A DNA stretch of 64,000 nucleotides, from positions 2,848,001-2,912,000 of the forward strand of contig OZ253442.1 in the NCBI GenBank assembly GCA_965261085.1, in the 5' to 3' direction. Positions 1 to 10,421 of this stretch are shown here, one piece after another; position 1 is the stretch's first letter; the number at the start of each line of letters is the position of its first letter. The position numbers and the translations under genes were made by a program. The notes beneath the pieces are model-generated. The model did not search any database, was not told the DNA's origin, and saw only the letters and a list, made by a program, of their open reading frames with translations. This stretch comes from a bacterium (GTDB taxonomy: Bacteria > UBA8248).

Positions 1-588
1 AGAACACAGGAACAACCCGGGACGCCCCCTCCGGTGAAAACTTTTCCGCTTCAGGCCGATCTCACGCGCATGCAAAAAGTCGTGGCTGCGACGAAGCGAG
101 AGGCGGACGTTGTGATTATCGCCGGTCATTGGGGGCTGGCAAGCCGCTACGACCTGGCGGAATACCAGACGTGTGTCGGCCGCGCGCTCGTGGATGCGGG
201 CGCGGATGTGGTTCTGGGGCATCACTCCCACACGCTTCAGGCGGTCGAGATCTACAAAGGAAAGCCGATCCTCTACGGAGTAGGGAATTTCATCTTCCAC
301 GAACTGCCCGATGTCGGAAACTCCGAACTGTCCTACGGTGGCGTGATGACGCCGGAACTCATTAAAACGCGCATGCCACGGGAGACGGCTCTCTTTGAAC
401 TCACGGTCGAAAAGGATGGGGTAGCGGACTTAGGCTTCGTTCCGGTTTCGATTGACGATTCAGGCAATCCCGGCTTAGTCGAAGGCGAAAGAGCCGAAGG
501 GGTGATCGACCTCGTGGAGAGGCTCTCGTCGGAGTTCACTACCCGAATCACTCGGAAGGATGGCATGGGGAAATTCGTTCTGGGATAG
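1..588 (+). CDS. CapA/PGA_cap-family metallophosphatase-like protein, 5'-truncated by the window edge
   Basis: Frame is open from base 1 (RTQEQPGTPPPVKTF...). Motifs HWG..Y, DAGADVVLGHHSHTLQAVEIYKGKPILYGVGNFIF are typical of the CapA C-terminal half. Confidence 0.85.
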   Translation, partial: RTQEQPGTPPPVKTFPLQADLTRMQKVVAATKREADVVIIAGHWGLASRYDLAEYQTCVGRALVDAGADVVLGHHSHTLQAVEIYKGKPILYGVGNFIFHELPDVGNSELSYGGVMTPELIKTRMPRETALFELTVEKDGVADLGFVPVSIDDSGNPGLVEGERAEGVIDLVERLSSEFTTRITRKDGMGKFVLG

Positions 589-741
589 AAGGCTTTCCGG
601 GGTCTTCGCCGCATTGACCCCCACCCGGGGGAACGCACTCCAGGGGGCCGGCGGCGCATCGTCGACCCGGGCGCTTTCATCAAGAGTCGCCCTGCATCTT
701 CCATCAGAAGAAAACGATAGTTCATTCATGAGCGATGAGGA

Positions 742-1536
742 TTGGCAATGGACATGGACCTGGAGGGGAAGGTTGCTCTCGTCACCGGAGGGACAAGCGG
801 GATTGGAAAGGCGACGGTATTGGCCTTGGCGGACCAAGGCGCGAAGGTCGCCTTCTGCGGTCGGGATCAAGCCCGCCTGGACACCACCCTGAAGCTGGTC
901 GAGGAGCGGGGCGGTGTGGGTCTCCCTCTTCGCGCGGACATCAGCGTGGAGGAGCAAGCGTCGGAGCTCGCGTCTCGTGTGGTCGAGTCTTTTGGGCGGC
1001 TAGACATCCTCGTGAACAACGCCGGACGCGCGGCGCCGAGTTCGCTTCCCTCGCTGACGCCGGCGCAGATTCGAAAGACCGTGGACACGAAGATCGTCGG
1101 TTATCTCGTGATCACGCGCGAGGCGGCGCATTTCATGAAAAAGCAACATGGCGGACGGATCATCAACATGGTCGGAGGAACCGGAAAAGAACCCCTGCCC
1201 GGCGTTCTGGGAGGAAGCACAACGAACGCAGCGCTTTTGGGCCTGAGCAAAGGACTCTCCCAAGCCCTGGCCAAAGACCATATCCTGGTGAACACGATCT
1301 GTTTGGGACAGATCGATACGCCCATGCAGGACTGGATGACAGAGCAACTCGCCAAAGAACGAGGGATATCGATCGACGAAATGCGGCGGGCCCGTGAATC
1401 ACAAATTCCCCTCGGACGATTCGGCTCTGCCGAAGAAGTGGCGGGGCTGGCGGTGTTTCTGGCGTCGGTTCACGGGAGCTACATCACGGGAGCAACGATC
1501 AACGTCGACGGCGGAAAATTCCATTCGATCTTCTGA
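742..1536 (+). CDS. Short-chain dehydrogenase/reductase (SDR)
   Basis: TGGTSGIG Rossmann motif, NNAG, C-terminal GATINVDGG. The usual YxxxK is replaced by STTNA (atypical SDR). Confidence 0.9.
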   Translation: MAMDMDLEGKVALVTGGTSGIGKATVLALADQGAKVAFCGRDQARLDTTLKLVEERGGVGLPLRADISVEEQASELASRVVESFGRLDILVNNAGRAAPSSLPSLTPAQIRKTVDTKIVGYLVITREAAHFMKKQHGGRIINMVGGTGKEPLPGVLGGSTTNAALLGLSKGLSQALAKDHILVNTICLGQIDTPMQDWMTEQLAKERGISIDEMRRARESQIPLGRFGSAEEVAGLAVFLASVHGSYITGATINVDGGKFHSIF

Positions 1537-2112
1537 ACATTTGCGCGCTGTAGCCGGACAATAACTATTGCCGATAGCCTGGATAATCCCTCGAGTTTCC
1601 AGCCGTTTTTTGGCCGGAATATTTCGCCCGCATAGAGGTGGTGAGGTGTTTTTGCTAACCGTGGAATCTCGATATCCCGTTGATATCGTTGGGAAACATT
1701 CATTATTCTCATTCCCGGTCGGGGTTCGCTTTCCACAAAATGAAATTAAAACGAAAGCGGAGGGATTCAAACTCCCGCGTATCCCGGTGATCCCCTGTCG
1801 CACTGTCCTTTAAAGTCCGGCCCGCAACAGCTTGCTTCAGGCTATGCTCCGGAGCCCCGCAACATCATTCAGGAACTATCGGTCCATACCTCATGACTGC
1901 GCCCGGTTCGCGCTTACGGCGCAGTCGACCACAGCGACGATGATCTGCTGAGCTTGGCTTGCGGCCCGTGATCACCCAGGCATTGTCCTTGTTCGGCGAT
2001 AGAAGTAGCGTTCGTAATTTATTCCGCTGGAAGATAGCCGCCGGAGCCTACGTCACCCCGGCCCGCCGCACAGTAAGAAACGCCGGCCGGTATGGGGGAT
2101 AACGGCGCCGCT

Positions 2113-3474
2113 TCAGGCCGCCGGCTGCCGTGCTCCTCCGCCTCTCGCGGATCGACTGCGATGACGGTATTTACCGGGCCGGCCGGTCCTGGGTTCGGGC
2201 CTGTTACGGGGCTTCCGAGTTCCGCCATCGGGTCTGCGCCTGCCGGGCTGATCCGGTGAGGCCAGCTTGGGATCGGCCGGACCGGGTTCGTCACCAATCA
2301 CCGTCAGCCGGCACTTGATCAGCTTTTCGATATCGCTCAGATAGGCCCGCTCGCTCGGATCGCAAAAGGCAATCGCCGCACCGCCCGCACCGGCACGCGC
2401 TGTCCGCCCGATTCGATGGACATAATTTTCCGGCTCGTTGGGGAGTTCGTAATTGATGACATGGCTGACGGAATCCACATCGATGCCTCGGGCCACGATA
2501 TCGGTCGCCACCAGGACCCGCGCCTGGCCGTCGCGGAATCGTTTGAGGGCGCGCTGGCGGGCGCCCTGGGATTTGTTGCCGTGGATCGCCTCGGCTGCGA
2601 CGCCGCCCTTGCCGAGCTGTTCTGCGACACGGTTGGCATGGTGCTTGGTGCGCGCAAAGACAAGCACTCGCGACATGGCGGGATCCTTGAGGATGGTGTC
2701 GAGCAAAACCCGCTTTCCGGCGGTGGCGACGTGATAAATGCTCTGCTCGACACAATCGATCGGCGTTGCCTGGGGCGTCACCTCCACCCGCACCGGATCG
2801 GTCAGGATATCAGCCGACAGCCGGGAAATTTCGCTGGGCATGGTAGCGGAAAAAAGCAACGACTGGCGAGACTTGGGCATCGCCGCCATGATCTTGCGGA
2901 CATCGTGCACAAAACCCATATCGAGCATCCGGTCGGCTTCATCGAGGACCAGGAATTCGATCGCATCGAGCCGGACATGCCGCTGCTCCATGAGATCGAG
3001 CAGCCGCCCGGGCGTCGCAATCAGAATGTCGAGCCCACGAACCAGCGCAGTGACCTGCGGCTTCTGGCTGACACCACCGAAGATCACGGTCTGACGCAGC
3101 GCGAGGTGCTTGCCGTAGGCGCGGAATTCCTCACTGATTTGGATAGCAAGCTCACGGGTCGGCGCCAGGACCAGGGCGCGCGGTTTGCGGGCTGCCTTGT
3201 TGGCGCCGTTGTGATAGCGGTTTTTGACATTGTTGCGGTTGTTACGGGTGGCGCCCTCGTCGCCGCGTGGCCGCGACAACTGCTGAAGAATGGGCAGCGC
3301 AAAAGCCGCGGTTTTGCCGGTGCCTGTCTGGGCGATACCCAGCATATCACGCCCGGCGAGAAGCTCCGGGATGGCTCGCGCCTGGATTGGCGTTGGGGTT
3401 ACGTGGTCTCTGCCGGTCAACGCACGCAGTATCGGATCGGTCAAATCGAGTTCAGAGAATTTACGAATAGTCAC
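2113..3474 (-). CDS. rhlE: DEAD-box RNA helicase, RhlE-like
   Basis: Q motif TPIQ, AQTGTGKT, PTRELA, TPGRL, LDEADRMLDMGF, SAT, HRIGRTAR; basic C-terminal tail; GTG start with AAGGA upstream. Confidence 0.9.
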   Translation of the reverse strand: MTIRKFSELDLTDPILRALTGRDHVTPTPIQARAIPELLAGRDMLGIAQTGTGKTAAFALPILQQLSRPRGDEGATRNNRNNVKNRYHNGANKAARKPRALVLAPTRELAIQISEEFRAYGKHLALRQTVIFGGVSQKPQVTALVRGLDILIATPGRLLDLMEQRHVRLDAIEFLVLDEADRMLDMGFVHDVRKIMAAMPKSRQSLLFSATMPSEISRLSADILTDPVRVEVTPQATPIDCVEQSIYHVATAGKRVLLDTILKDPAMSRVLVFARTKHHANRVAEQLGKGGVAAEAIHGNKSQGARQRALKRFRDGQARVLVATDIVARGIDVDSVSHVINYELPNEPENYVHRIGRTARAGAGGAAIAFCDPSERAYLSDIEKLIKCRLTVIGDEPGPADPKLASPDQPGRRRPDGGTRKPRNRPEPRTGRPGKYRHRSRSARGGGARQPAA

Positions 3475-3489
3475 TCAGGTATCCTTAAT

Positions 3490-3616
3490 ATGCCATATGG
3501 CGCGGCATACGTCATAGACGCTGCCGATGCCTGGCATGTCGCCCTTACCGGGCGCGGCCAGTAGGAGAAGATTTTTTGATTATTGTTCCCGGGACGTGAT
3601 GCCGCCCGTGGGCGGC
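3490..3616 (-). promoter_or_regulatory. Structured 5' leader of the helicase mRNA (putative cis-regulatory RNA)
   Basis: Long irregular hairpin at 3490-3537 immediately upstream of the RBS, plus hairpins at ~3540-3555 and 3601-3616. Confidence 0.45.
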
Positions 3617-4168
3617 GCTTCGCGCGATCGCGAGACAATCTGCGGAGAGAATATGAACCCTGGGGCCGGAAAAGTCAAGCAAATCAATTGTTCAGGGTCC
3701 CGCAATGCGGCTAATCGCCGCGCGCCGACGAATTCTTTCAGCTGCGTGATTGCCTCCGCCGCGCAGCGGAGAGACGGGACGAATTGTGGGACCGTTTGCG
3801 ATCTGATCATTGCCTCGGACCCAACGGTATCCTGGCCGAGATAGCTGCAGAGGGAACAGACGAGCCTATCATTGCTATCGAGTCAACCGCACCAGCGGCA
3901 TTTGCCCGCATTTGCCGCTAACGCGTTTTCGGCGGGATGCGCGAGAATCCCCGCGCGGATCGGTGGTCCCGTCCTTGAGCGGATTGGTCGATCCGTCCCC
4001 GCTCCAGGGGATTCGGAATAAGTGAAAATGCCATAAAATACGATAAATTCACGAGGTTTTTCGATAAATTTCTGATCAGTTATCTATATGATTTTTAATA
4101 GGTTATGGATTTCAAGGGCCGATTTTCAGCATATTTCGGCGCATGGCCGAGCATGAGTTATGTGAAAT

Positions 4169-5323
4169 CTAGGCGGGGTATTTCTCCACCAGCCGCCTCG
4201 CGATGACCATGCGCTGAATGTCGTTGGTGCCCTCGCCCACCTGTAAGAGAATGGAGTCTCGGTAGTACCTCTCGATAGGCAACTCCTTGATATAGCCGTA
4301 TCCCCCGTGAATGTGCACGGCCGCCTCAGACGCTCTCTGGCAGGCGTCCGTGGCGAAGAGCTTCGCCATACCGGCTTCGAGGTCGCACCGCACGCCCTCG
4401 TCTTTCATGCGCGCCGCGCGGTAAGTGAGTTGGCGGGCCGCCTCCAGGGTGGTCGCCATGTCGGCAAGCTTTATCTGGATAGCCTGATGCTCGACGATGG
4501 GCTTGCCCATGCTCTTTCTCTGCTGCGCGTATTTGAGCGAATCCTCAAAACAAGCGGCATGAAGCCCCGCAGCCCTAGCAGCCACCTGAATGCGCCCCAA
4601 TTCCAGAGCCGCCATGAGCTGATGAAATCCCCTATTCTCTTCTCCTATCAAACAAGAGGTCGGAACCGGGCAGTCATCAAAAACCAGTTCTCCCGTTCGA
4701 AGGCCCTTATAGCCCATCTTGTCCAGATGTCGGCTTGCGCTGAAGCCGGGCAGATTCCTGTCCATGAGGATACAGCTAATCCCTCGGGTGGGTTTTTCCG
4801 CTTTGGGATTTGTGCGAACCATGATCGCAAAATGCGTCGCATTCTCACTGTTGGTGATGAACATTTTGGAACCGTTGATGATGTATTCCTGCCCTTCCCG
4901 GCGGGCGGAAGTCCTCAAAGCCGCGACGTCGGAGCCGCCATCCGCCTCTGTGATGCCGATGCCGAAACGCATTTCCCCTTCAGCCACCTGGGGGAGCCAC
5001 TCCTGGCGCTGCTCGTCGTTGCCGAATTCGTTGATCATCCATCCCACCATCGAATGACTACCAAGCACGCCCGTCAAGCTCATCCAGCCCCGCGCCAATT
5101 CTTCGGTCAAAACCGTAAAACTCATCGCATCCATCTCGCTGCCGCCATAGCACTCCGGCACAAGCGCGCCGAAATACCCCAGTTCTTTCATCCGATCGAC
5201 CAGGGGATGGGGGTATTCGTCTTTATGCTCATACTCGCTGGCGACGGGAATGACTTCCTGGTTCACAAATTGACGGACACTGCTTTGCAGCGCGGATTGA
5301 AACTCACTCAACTGAACATCCAT
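4169..5323 (-). CDS. Acyl-CoA dehydrogenase
   Basis: ITEADGGSD, INGSKMFITN, IHGGYGY, YRDSILLQVGEGTNDIQR motifs. Confidence 0.95.
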   Translation of the reverse strand: MDVQLSEFQSALQSSVRQFVNQEVIPVASEYEHKDEYPHPLVDRMKELGYFGALVPECYGGSEMDAMSFTVLTEELARGWMSLTGVLGSHSMVGWMINEFGNDEQRQEWLPQVAEGEMRFGIGITEADGGSDVAALRTSARREGQEYIINGSKMFITNSENATHFAIMVRTNPKAEKPTRGISCILMDRNLPGFSASRHLDKMGYKGLRTGELVFDDCPVPTSCLIGEENRGFHQLMAALELGRIQVAARAAGLHAACFEDSLKYAQQRKSMGKPIVEHQAIQIKLADMATTLEAARQLTYRAARMKDEGVRCDLEAGMAKLFATDACQRASEAAVHIHGGYGYIKELPIERYYRDSILLQVGEGTNDIQRMVIARRLVEKYPA

Positions 5324-5367
5324 TGCTTACTCCTAGAATCGCGTACGGTAATGATTCACATCCGTTA

Positions 5368-5709
5368 TCAACCAAACAACGAAAGCCCGCTCAGTCCCTC
5401 TGGTATCAAAAGCCGCTCCACGGGCTCGCCATTTTCCAAATGTTTTTCCACGATATCTTCAGCGTCCTCCGGCCTCACGCCACCATACCAGACATTATCG
5501 GGCATCACGCAAACAACCGCTCCGTTCTCGCAAACATCCATGCAACTTGTCGCGAGTATGCGCGCACGCCCTTTGAGGTTTTTCTCTTCCAAAAGGGATT
5601 TCATCCGCTCCCGGACCTCCAGGGAACCGCAGTTGGTGCAACTTCCCTTGGGGTGATCCGGCGCGCGCTCATTCGTGCATACCAATACATAGCGCTTTTG
5701 CCTGAACAT
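5368..5709 (-). CDS. Thioredoxin-like [2Fe-2S] ferredoxin
   Basis: VLVCTN...KGSC...SCMDVC..G...V.PDNVWYGGV pattern, as in Aquifex Fd4/Shethna-type ferredoxins. Confidence 0.9.
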   Translation of the reverse strand: MFRQKRYVLVCTNERAPDHPKGSCTNCGSLEVRERMKSLLEEKNLKGRARILATSCMDVCENGAVVCVMPDNVWYGGVRPEDAEDIVEKHLENGEPVERLLIPEGLSGLSLFG

Positions 5710-5927
5710 TTTCTCTACCCCGGGGACTGATGATGAAACGGATATCCAGCATTTCCCATAACGGTACGGGAGTTATCCGTTACTTTCTTTCGAACATCGT
5801 ATGGAAGCTAACATTTATGAAGCATCCCTTCAATCAGAATCTCCTTTTTCTTTGCTTGTATTGAAGCTGTGAAACAGCATAATATATTGTTGTTGGGCTA
5901 TACGTTCTCTTTAATGGGAAAGCGAAT

Positions 5928-6704
5928 ATGTCTCTCGAATCACCTGAAGATCGACCCAAGCGCGTCTTGTTCTTCGCCACGTGCCTGGTGGATCAGTTTT
6001 TCCCTGAAGCTGGCGAGGCGACCGTTCATTTACTCGAAAGCGCGGATATCGAGGTGATTTATCCTGAAGGGCTCACCTGTTGTGGACTTCCTCACTTCAA
6101 CAACGGCTTCAGGGCGGAAGCGAGAAAAACTCTCGAAACCCAATTGCATCTACTGGAGGGCGACATTCCGATTATCGCCCCCTCGGGCTCTTGCGGCTGG
6201 ATGCTCAAATGCGTTTTGCCCACATTGTTTACGGACGACCCGTGGGCGCGGGAAAAAGCCGCGCAAATCGCCGGGCGGGTAATCGAGTTATCCCAATTCC
6301 TGTGCAAGATAAAGATGAGTGATTTCGGTACTACGCTTCCCGGGAAGACTGTGTATCACGACTCGTGTCACCTTCTCCGCGGAATGGGAGAAAATCAAAC
6401 CCCCCGCCAATGTCTCGATCTCGTAGCGGAAAACCGGGAAGAATTGCCAAATTCCGATCGTTGCTGTGGGTTTGGCGGCTCGTTTTGCGTCAAATTTCCA
6501 GAAGTCTCGTGCGCGATGCTTGAAGACAAGATCAAGTCCGCCGAAACAATCGACGCGAATTGGCTCGTGGCAGCCGATGCCGGGTGCATGCTCCAAATAG
6601 CGGGCGGATTGTCCAGGCGCGACAGCAAAATCAAACTCCTTCATCTTGCCCAGGCCCTCGCCGGACCAAACAACCCGGGCTGGCCCGAGGAATATCGGCT
6701 TTGA
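5928..6704 (+). CDS. lutA: Lactate utilisation protein A (LutA/LldE/YkgE), two CCG domains
   Basis: FATCLVD, TCCG, PSGSC, YHDSCH, CCGFGGSF, DAGCMLQIAG. Confidence 0.9.
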   Translation: MSLESPEDRPKRVLFFATCLVDQFFPEAGEATVHLLESADIEVIYPEGLTCCGLPHFNNGFRAEARKTLETQLHLLEGDIPIIAPSGSCGWMLKCVLPTLFTDDPWAREKAAQIAGRVIELSQFLCKIKMSDFGTTLPGKTVYHDSCHLLRGMGENQTPRQCLDLVAENREELPNSDRCCGFGGSFCVKFPEVSCAMLEDKIKSAETIDANWLVAADAGCMLQIAGGLSRRDSKIKLLHLAQALAGPNNPGWPEEYRL

Positions 6705-8821
6705 ATACAACCTTTAATCAGCGCGCAAATTCCGCCTTGGTGAATATCCCTCTGCAGGAAGCTCTTCAAGCGGCTACGGGCAAATTCGCCAACCTGCGCG
6801 CTCAGGCATTCGAGTCGACCGCCGCTCCTCTCGCCTTGCGGGCGAAGGCGAGAGAAATTCGAAGGAAAACATTTGATGAGATCGATATACACCTGGAAAC
6901 CTTGTTCAAAAACCTGAAAAACCTCGGTGTGCACATCCATCCGGCAGACGATGCAGAATCCGCAAAGCGAATCGTTCTGGACATCGCCCGCAAACACGGA
7001 GTCAAGACAGTCGTCAAGAGCAAATCCATGGCGTCCGAGGAGATTCACCTGAATCAGGCGTTGGAGGCCGCCGGCATCACCCCATACGAGACGGACTTGG
7101 GCGAATGGATACTTCAACTGGCCAACGAAACGCCAAGCCACCTCGTAGCCCCGGCCATTCACAAGACATTAAAACAAGTCCAAGACCTTTTTCGCGAAAA
7201 AGTAGATCCCAACTCCGGCTCAGACCCACAGGAACTCACATCAATCGCCCGAGAGAAGCTCAGAACGGAATTCATGCGCGCGGGCATGGGAATCAGCGGC
7301 GTGAATTTCGCCGTGGCGGAAACCGGAACGCTTTGTCTCGTCACGAACGAGGGAAACGGGCGACTCGTCACCACCCTACCCAAAGTCCACGTCGCCATAA
7401 TGGGGTTCGAAAAAGTGGTGCCCACGCTACGAGACACGCTTACGCTCCTCTCCGTACTCCCCCGCAGCGCAACGGGTCAAAAACTCACCAGCTATTTCAC
7501 CATGCTCACCGGGCCGAGGAGAGAAAACGAGGCGGACGGACCCGATGAGGTTCACCTCGTGCTCCTTGATGGAGGACGCTCCAGGCATCTCGGCACGCCA
7601 TTTCAGGAAGCATTTCATTGTATCCGCTGCGGGGCTTGTCAAAACGCCTGCCCAGTCTTCCAGACGGTCGGCGGCCATACATACGACTCTGTATACGGCG
7701 GACCAATCGGCTCGATCTTGAGTCCCATGCTCCGCGGCCTCGAAGTCTCCGGAGAGCTCCCCGCGGCATCGAGTCTATGCGGCGCCTGTATGGACGCCTG
7801 TCCCGTTTTTGTTGACATTCCTCGCATGTTGCTGGAGATGAGAGAGGCGAGAACGGCCAAGAAAAATAACGCTTTTTTCGAGAGGTTCTCGTTTCGCTTG
7901 CTTGGCATGGCGATGCGCAAACCCTTCATCTGGGAGATGGGTTTCAAGACAGCCTCTATTTTTTCAAGATTCATGAATACACAAACAGCCGCTTGGCTGC
8001 CGGGACCTCTCGGCGCCTGGGCGCAGGGGCGCGAACTTCCCAAAATTGCGAAAAAAAGTTTCCGAGCGCGCTGGCGGGAGCAAAAACGAGGGGTCACCGG
8101 TTCGTCTGCAACGCTGTCTGACATTTCGCGAACGGACAGCCCGGATGCGATTGTCGAAAAAACACATCATGCCCTGGAGTCGGCCCACGGATTATCGCAC
8201 GGGAGCTTCGAAGCCCCCGAGGGCCCATTGCCGGAAATCACCGTCCCTGACACCGCCGCTCGTTTCTCCACGGAGTTTGAGGCAATAGCGAATCCCGTTC
8301 ATCACCCGAATTCCATGGAAGACGTTCGAGAATATGTCCTCAACCTGGCGGCCAAGTGGAAAAAATTTCCTGTCGCTGTCAGTGATGGCCTGCCGATTGA
8401 AGTAGCCGGCTGGCTTATGGATGAAGGTTTTGACGTGATTTCGCCAGCGAATGACGGGGATAACCGAGACGCCATCGCCCGGTGTGGAATCGGAATCACG
8501 GGCTGCGACTGGGCCATTGCAGAAACGGGCAGTATTGTCTTACGGAGCGGGCCGGGCCATCCGCGTCTTCATTCCCTGTTGCCGGAAACACACTTAGCCC
8601 TCATTCCCGAAAAGAGTATATTGCCTCATATTTCCTCGCTGGGGCCTGAACTCGAAAGAGTCCTTACGCCAGAAGAAGGCGCCTCTCCCAGTTGCGTCAA
8701 TATCATCACAGGGCCCAGTCGATCGGCCGACATCGCCCTGACGCTCATCAAAGGTGTGCATGGCCCGCGCGATGTTTTCGCCATTATCATTCCCGCTACT
8801 CTCAACGCAGAGAATCCCTAG
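6701..8821 (+). CDS. lutB: Fused LutB-LutC (LldF-LldG) Fe-S lactate-utilisation protein
   Basis: In-frame TTG at 6701 overlaps the lutA stop (TTGA). LutB motifs KSKSM.SEE, ETDLGE, NEGNGR, CIRCGACQNACP, LCGACMDACP. C-terminal LUD domain AIAETGSIV, SLLPETH, ITGPSRSADI, GVHGP is in the same frame. Confidence 0.85.
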   Translation: MNTTFNQRANSALVNIPLQEALQAATGKFANLRAQAFESTAAPLALRAKAREIRRKTFDEIDIHLETLFKNLKNLGVHIHPADDAESAKRIVLDIARKHGVKTVVKSKSMASEEIHLNQALEAAGITPYETDLGEWILQLANETPSHLVAPAIHKTLKQVQDLFREKVDPNSGSDPQELTSIAREKLRTEFMRAGMGISGVNFAVAETGTLCLVTNEGNGRLVTTLPKVHVAIMGFEKVVPTLRDTLTLLSVLPRSATGQKLTSYFTMLTGPRRENEADGPDEVHLVLLDGGRSRHLGTPFQEAFHCIRCGACQNACPVFQTVGGHTYDSVYGGPIGSILSPMLRGLEVSGELPAASSLCGACMDACPVFVDIPRMLLEMREARTAKKNNAFFERFSFRLLGMAMRKPFIWEMGFKTASIFSRFMNTQTAAWLPGPLGAWAQGRELPKIAKKSFRARWREQKRGVTGSSATLSDISRTDSPDAIVEKTHHALESAHGLSHGSFEAPEGPLPEITVPDTAARFSTEFEAIANPVHHPNSMEDVREYVLNLAAKWKKFPVAVSDGLPIEVAGWLMDEGFDVISPANDGDNRDAIARCGIGITGCDWAIAETGSIVLRSGPGHPRLHSLLPETHLALIPEKSILPHISSLGPELERVLTPEEGASPSCVNIITGPSRSADIALTLIKGVHGPRDVFAIIIPATLNAENP

Positions 8822-8926
8822 GGCGCATTTGTTCGAAGAGAAGGAACAATTGCGTTCCCCGGAAAATAAATTATTCATCTTCATACGAGCAAGAAACCGG
8901 TTTGTCAGATTCCGTACTACTCGAAT

Positions 8927-10339
8927 CTAGATGTCGTAATAGAGGGTAAATTCATGTGGGTGCGGACGCAGGCGAATCGCATCCACCTCCTCTATACGCT
9001 TGTATTCAATCCAGTTGTCGATGACATCCTTCGTAAACACATCGCCTTTCAACAAGAACTCGTTGTCCGCTTCAAGCGCATCCAATGCCTCGGGCAGGCT
9101 TCCGGGTGTTTGCGCCACACCACTTCGCTCCTCGGGTCCGAGATCGTAGAGGTTCTTGTCGATAGGTTCGGGCGGCATAATTTTATTTTGGATGCCGTCC
9201 AGGCCGGCCATCAACATCGCGGAGAAGGCCATATAGGGGTTGCATGAAGGATCCGGGCAGCGGAACTCGACTCTCTTGGCCTTCTCGCTCGAAGAATACA
9301 TCGGAATACGCACACATGCGCTTCTGTTGCGGCAGCTATACATCAGGTTGATGGGTGCCTCATAGCCCGGCACAAGACGACGATAGCTGTTCGTTGTCGG
9401 GTTGGTGAAAGCCAGTAATGCAGGCGCATGCTTCAACAAGCCACCGATGTAGTAAAGAGCATCCGGGCTCAGGTCGCCATAGGTTCCCGCTCTATACATG
9501 ATATTCGTATCGCCCTTCCAGATGCTCTGATGGACATGCATCCCGGTGCCGTTGTCAAGAAATACAGGTTTCGGCATGAAAGTCGCCGTTTTGCCATGTT
9601 TTCTGGCGACGTTCTTGACGATGTACTTATACTTCATCAGTTTATCCGCCGTGGTCAGCAAGGTATCGAATCTAATATCGATTTCACACTGCCCGGCGGA
9701 GGCCACTTCATGATGGTGCACTTCACACTCGACCCCACATGCCAGCATTTCCAGCATCATTTCCGAACGAACGTCCTGGAGCGTATCGTTGGGCGGCAAG
9801 GGGAAATAACCTTCTTTGTAGCGGTTCTTATGGCCGAGGTTGGGATCTTCATTGGCGCCCGTATTCCAGGCCGCCTCACATGAATCTACCTCGTAGAAGG
9901 CGTGATTTTCCGAGCCCGAGTAACGCACGTCGTCGAACACAAAAAACTCGGCTTCGGGGCCAAAATAGGCGACATCCCCGATGCCCGTAGATTTCATGTA
10001 TTGTTCCGCTTTAAGAGCGATGTAACGTGGGTCGCGTTCGTAGAGTTCGAGCGTAATAGGATCCTTGATGTCACAGATGAGAACCAGGGTCGGAATTTTC
10101 ATGAATGGATCCATGAACGCGGTCGTCGGATCCGGAATGAGAAGCATATCGCTCTGATCGATACTTTTAAATCCCCGGATGCTCGAACCGTCGAAACCGA
10201 CGCCTTCCTCGAAGGTATCCTCATCGAGCGTACTGATGTGTGCTGAGAAATGCTGCCACATACCAGGCATATCTATGAAACGATAGTCAACTATTTTAGC
10301 GCCACTTTCCTTAGCCAGCTTTATGACATCTGCAACCAT
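8927..10339 (-). CDS. glnA: Glutamine synthetase type I
   Basis: [47 protein letters not shown], adenylylation site NLYDL. Confidence 0.98.
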   Translation of the reverse strand: MVADVIKLAKESGAKIVDYRFIDMPGMWQHFSAHISTLDEDTFEEGVGFDGSSIRGFKSIDQSDMLLIPDPTTAFMDPFMKIPTLVLICDIKDPITLELYERDPRYIALKAEQYMKSTGIGDVAYFGPEAEFFVFDDVRYSGSENHAFYEVDSCEAAWNTGANEDPNLGHKNRYKEGYFPLPPNDTLQDVRSEMMLEMLACGVECEVHHHEVASAGQCEIDIRFDTLLTTADKLMKYKYIVKNVARKHGKTATFMPKPVFLDNGTGMHVHQSIWKGDTNIMYRAGTYGDLSPDALYYIGGLLKHAPALLAFTNPTTNSYRRLVPGYEAPINLMYSCRNRSACVRIPMYSSSEKAKRVEFRCPDPSCNPYMAFSAMLMAGLDGIQNKIMPPEPIDKNLYDLGPEERSGVAQTPGSLPEALDALEADNEFLLKGDVFTKDVIDNWIEYKRIEEVDAIRLRPHPHEFTLYYDI

Positions 10340-10421
10340 CTGTTACACCTCCATGCGGAATTGCGGTTTTGCGGGAAATGTTCGACACAAAACCAGGATT
10401 TGTTCAGCCCATTAGGCTTTG

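Noticed and set aside
5872-5900. dif-like site (GCATAATATATTGTTGTT)
   Set aside because: Only a partial XerC-side resemblance, the XerD arm TTATGTTAAAT is absent, and it lies in a divergent promoter region.
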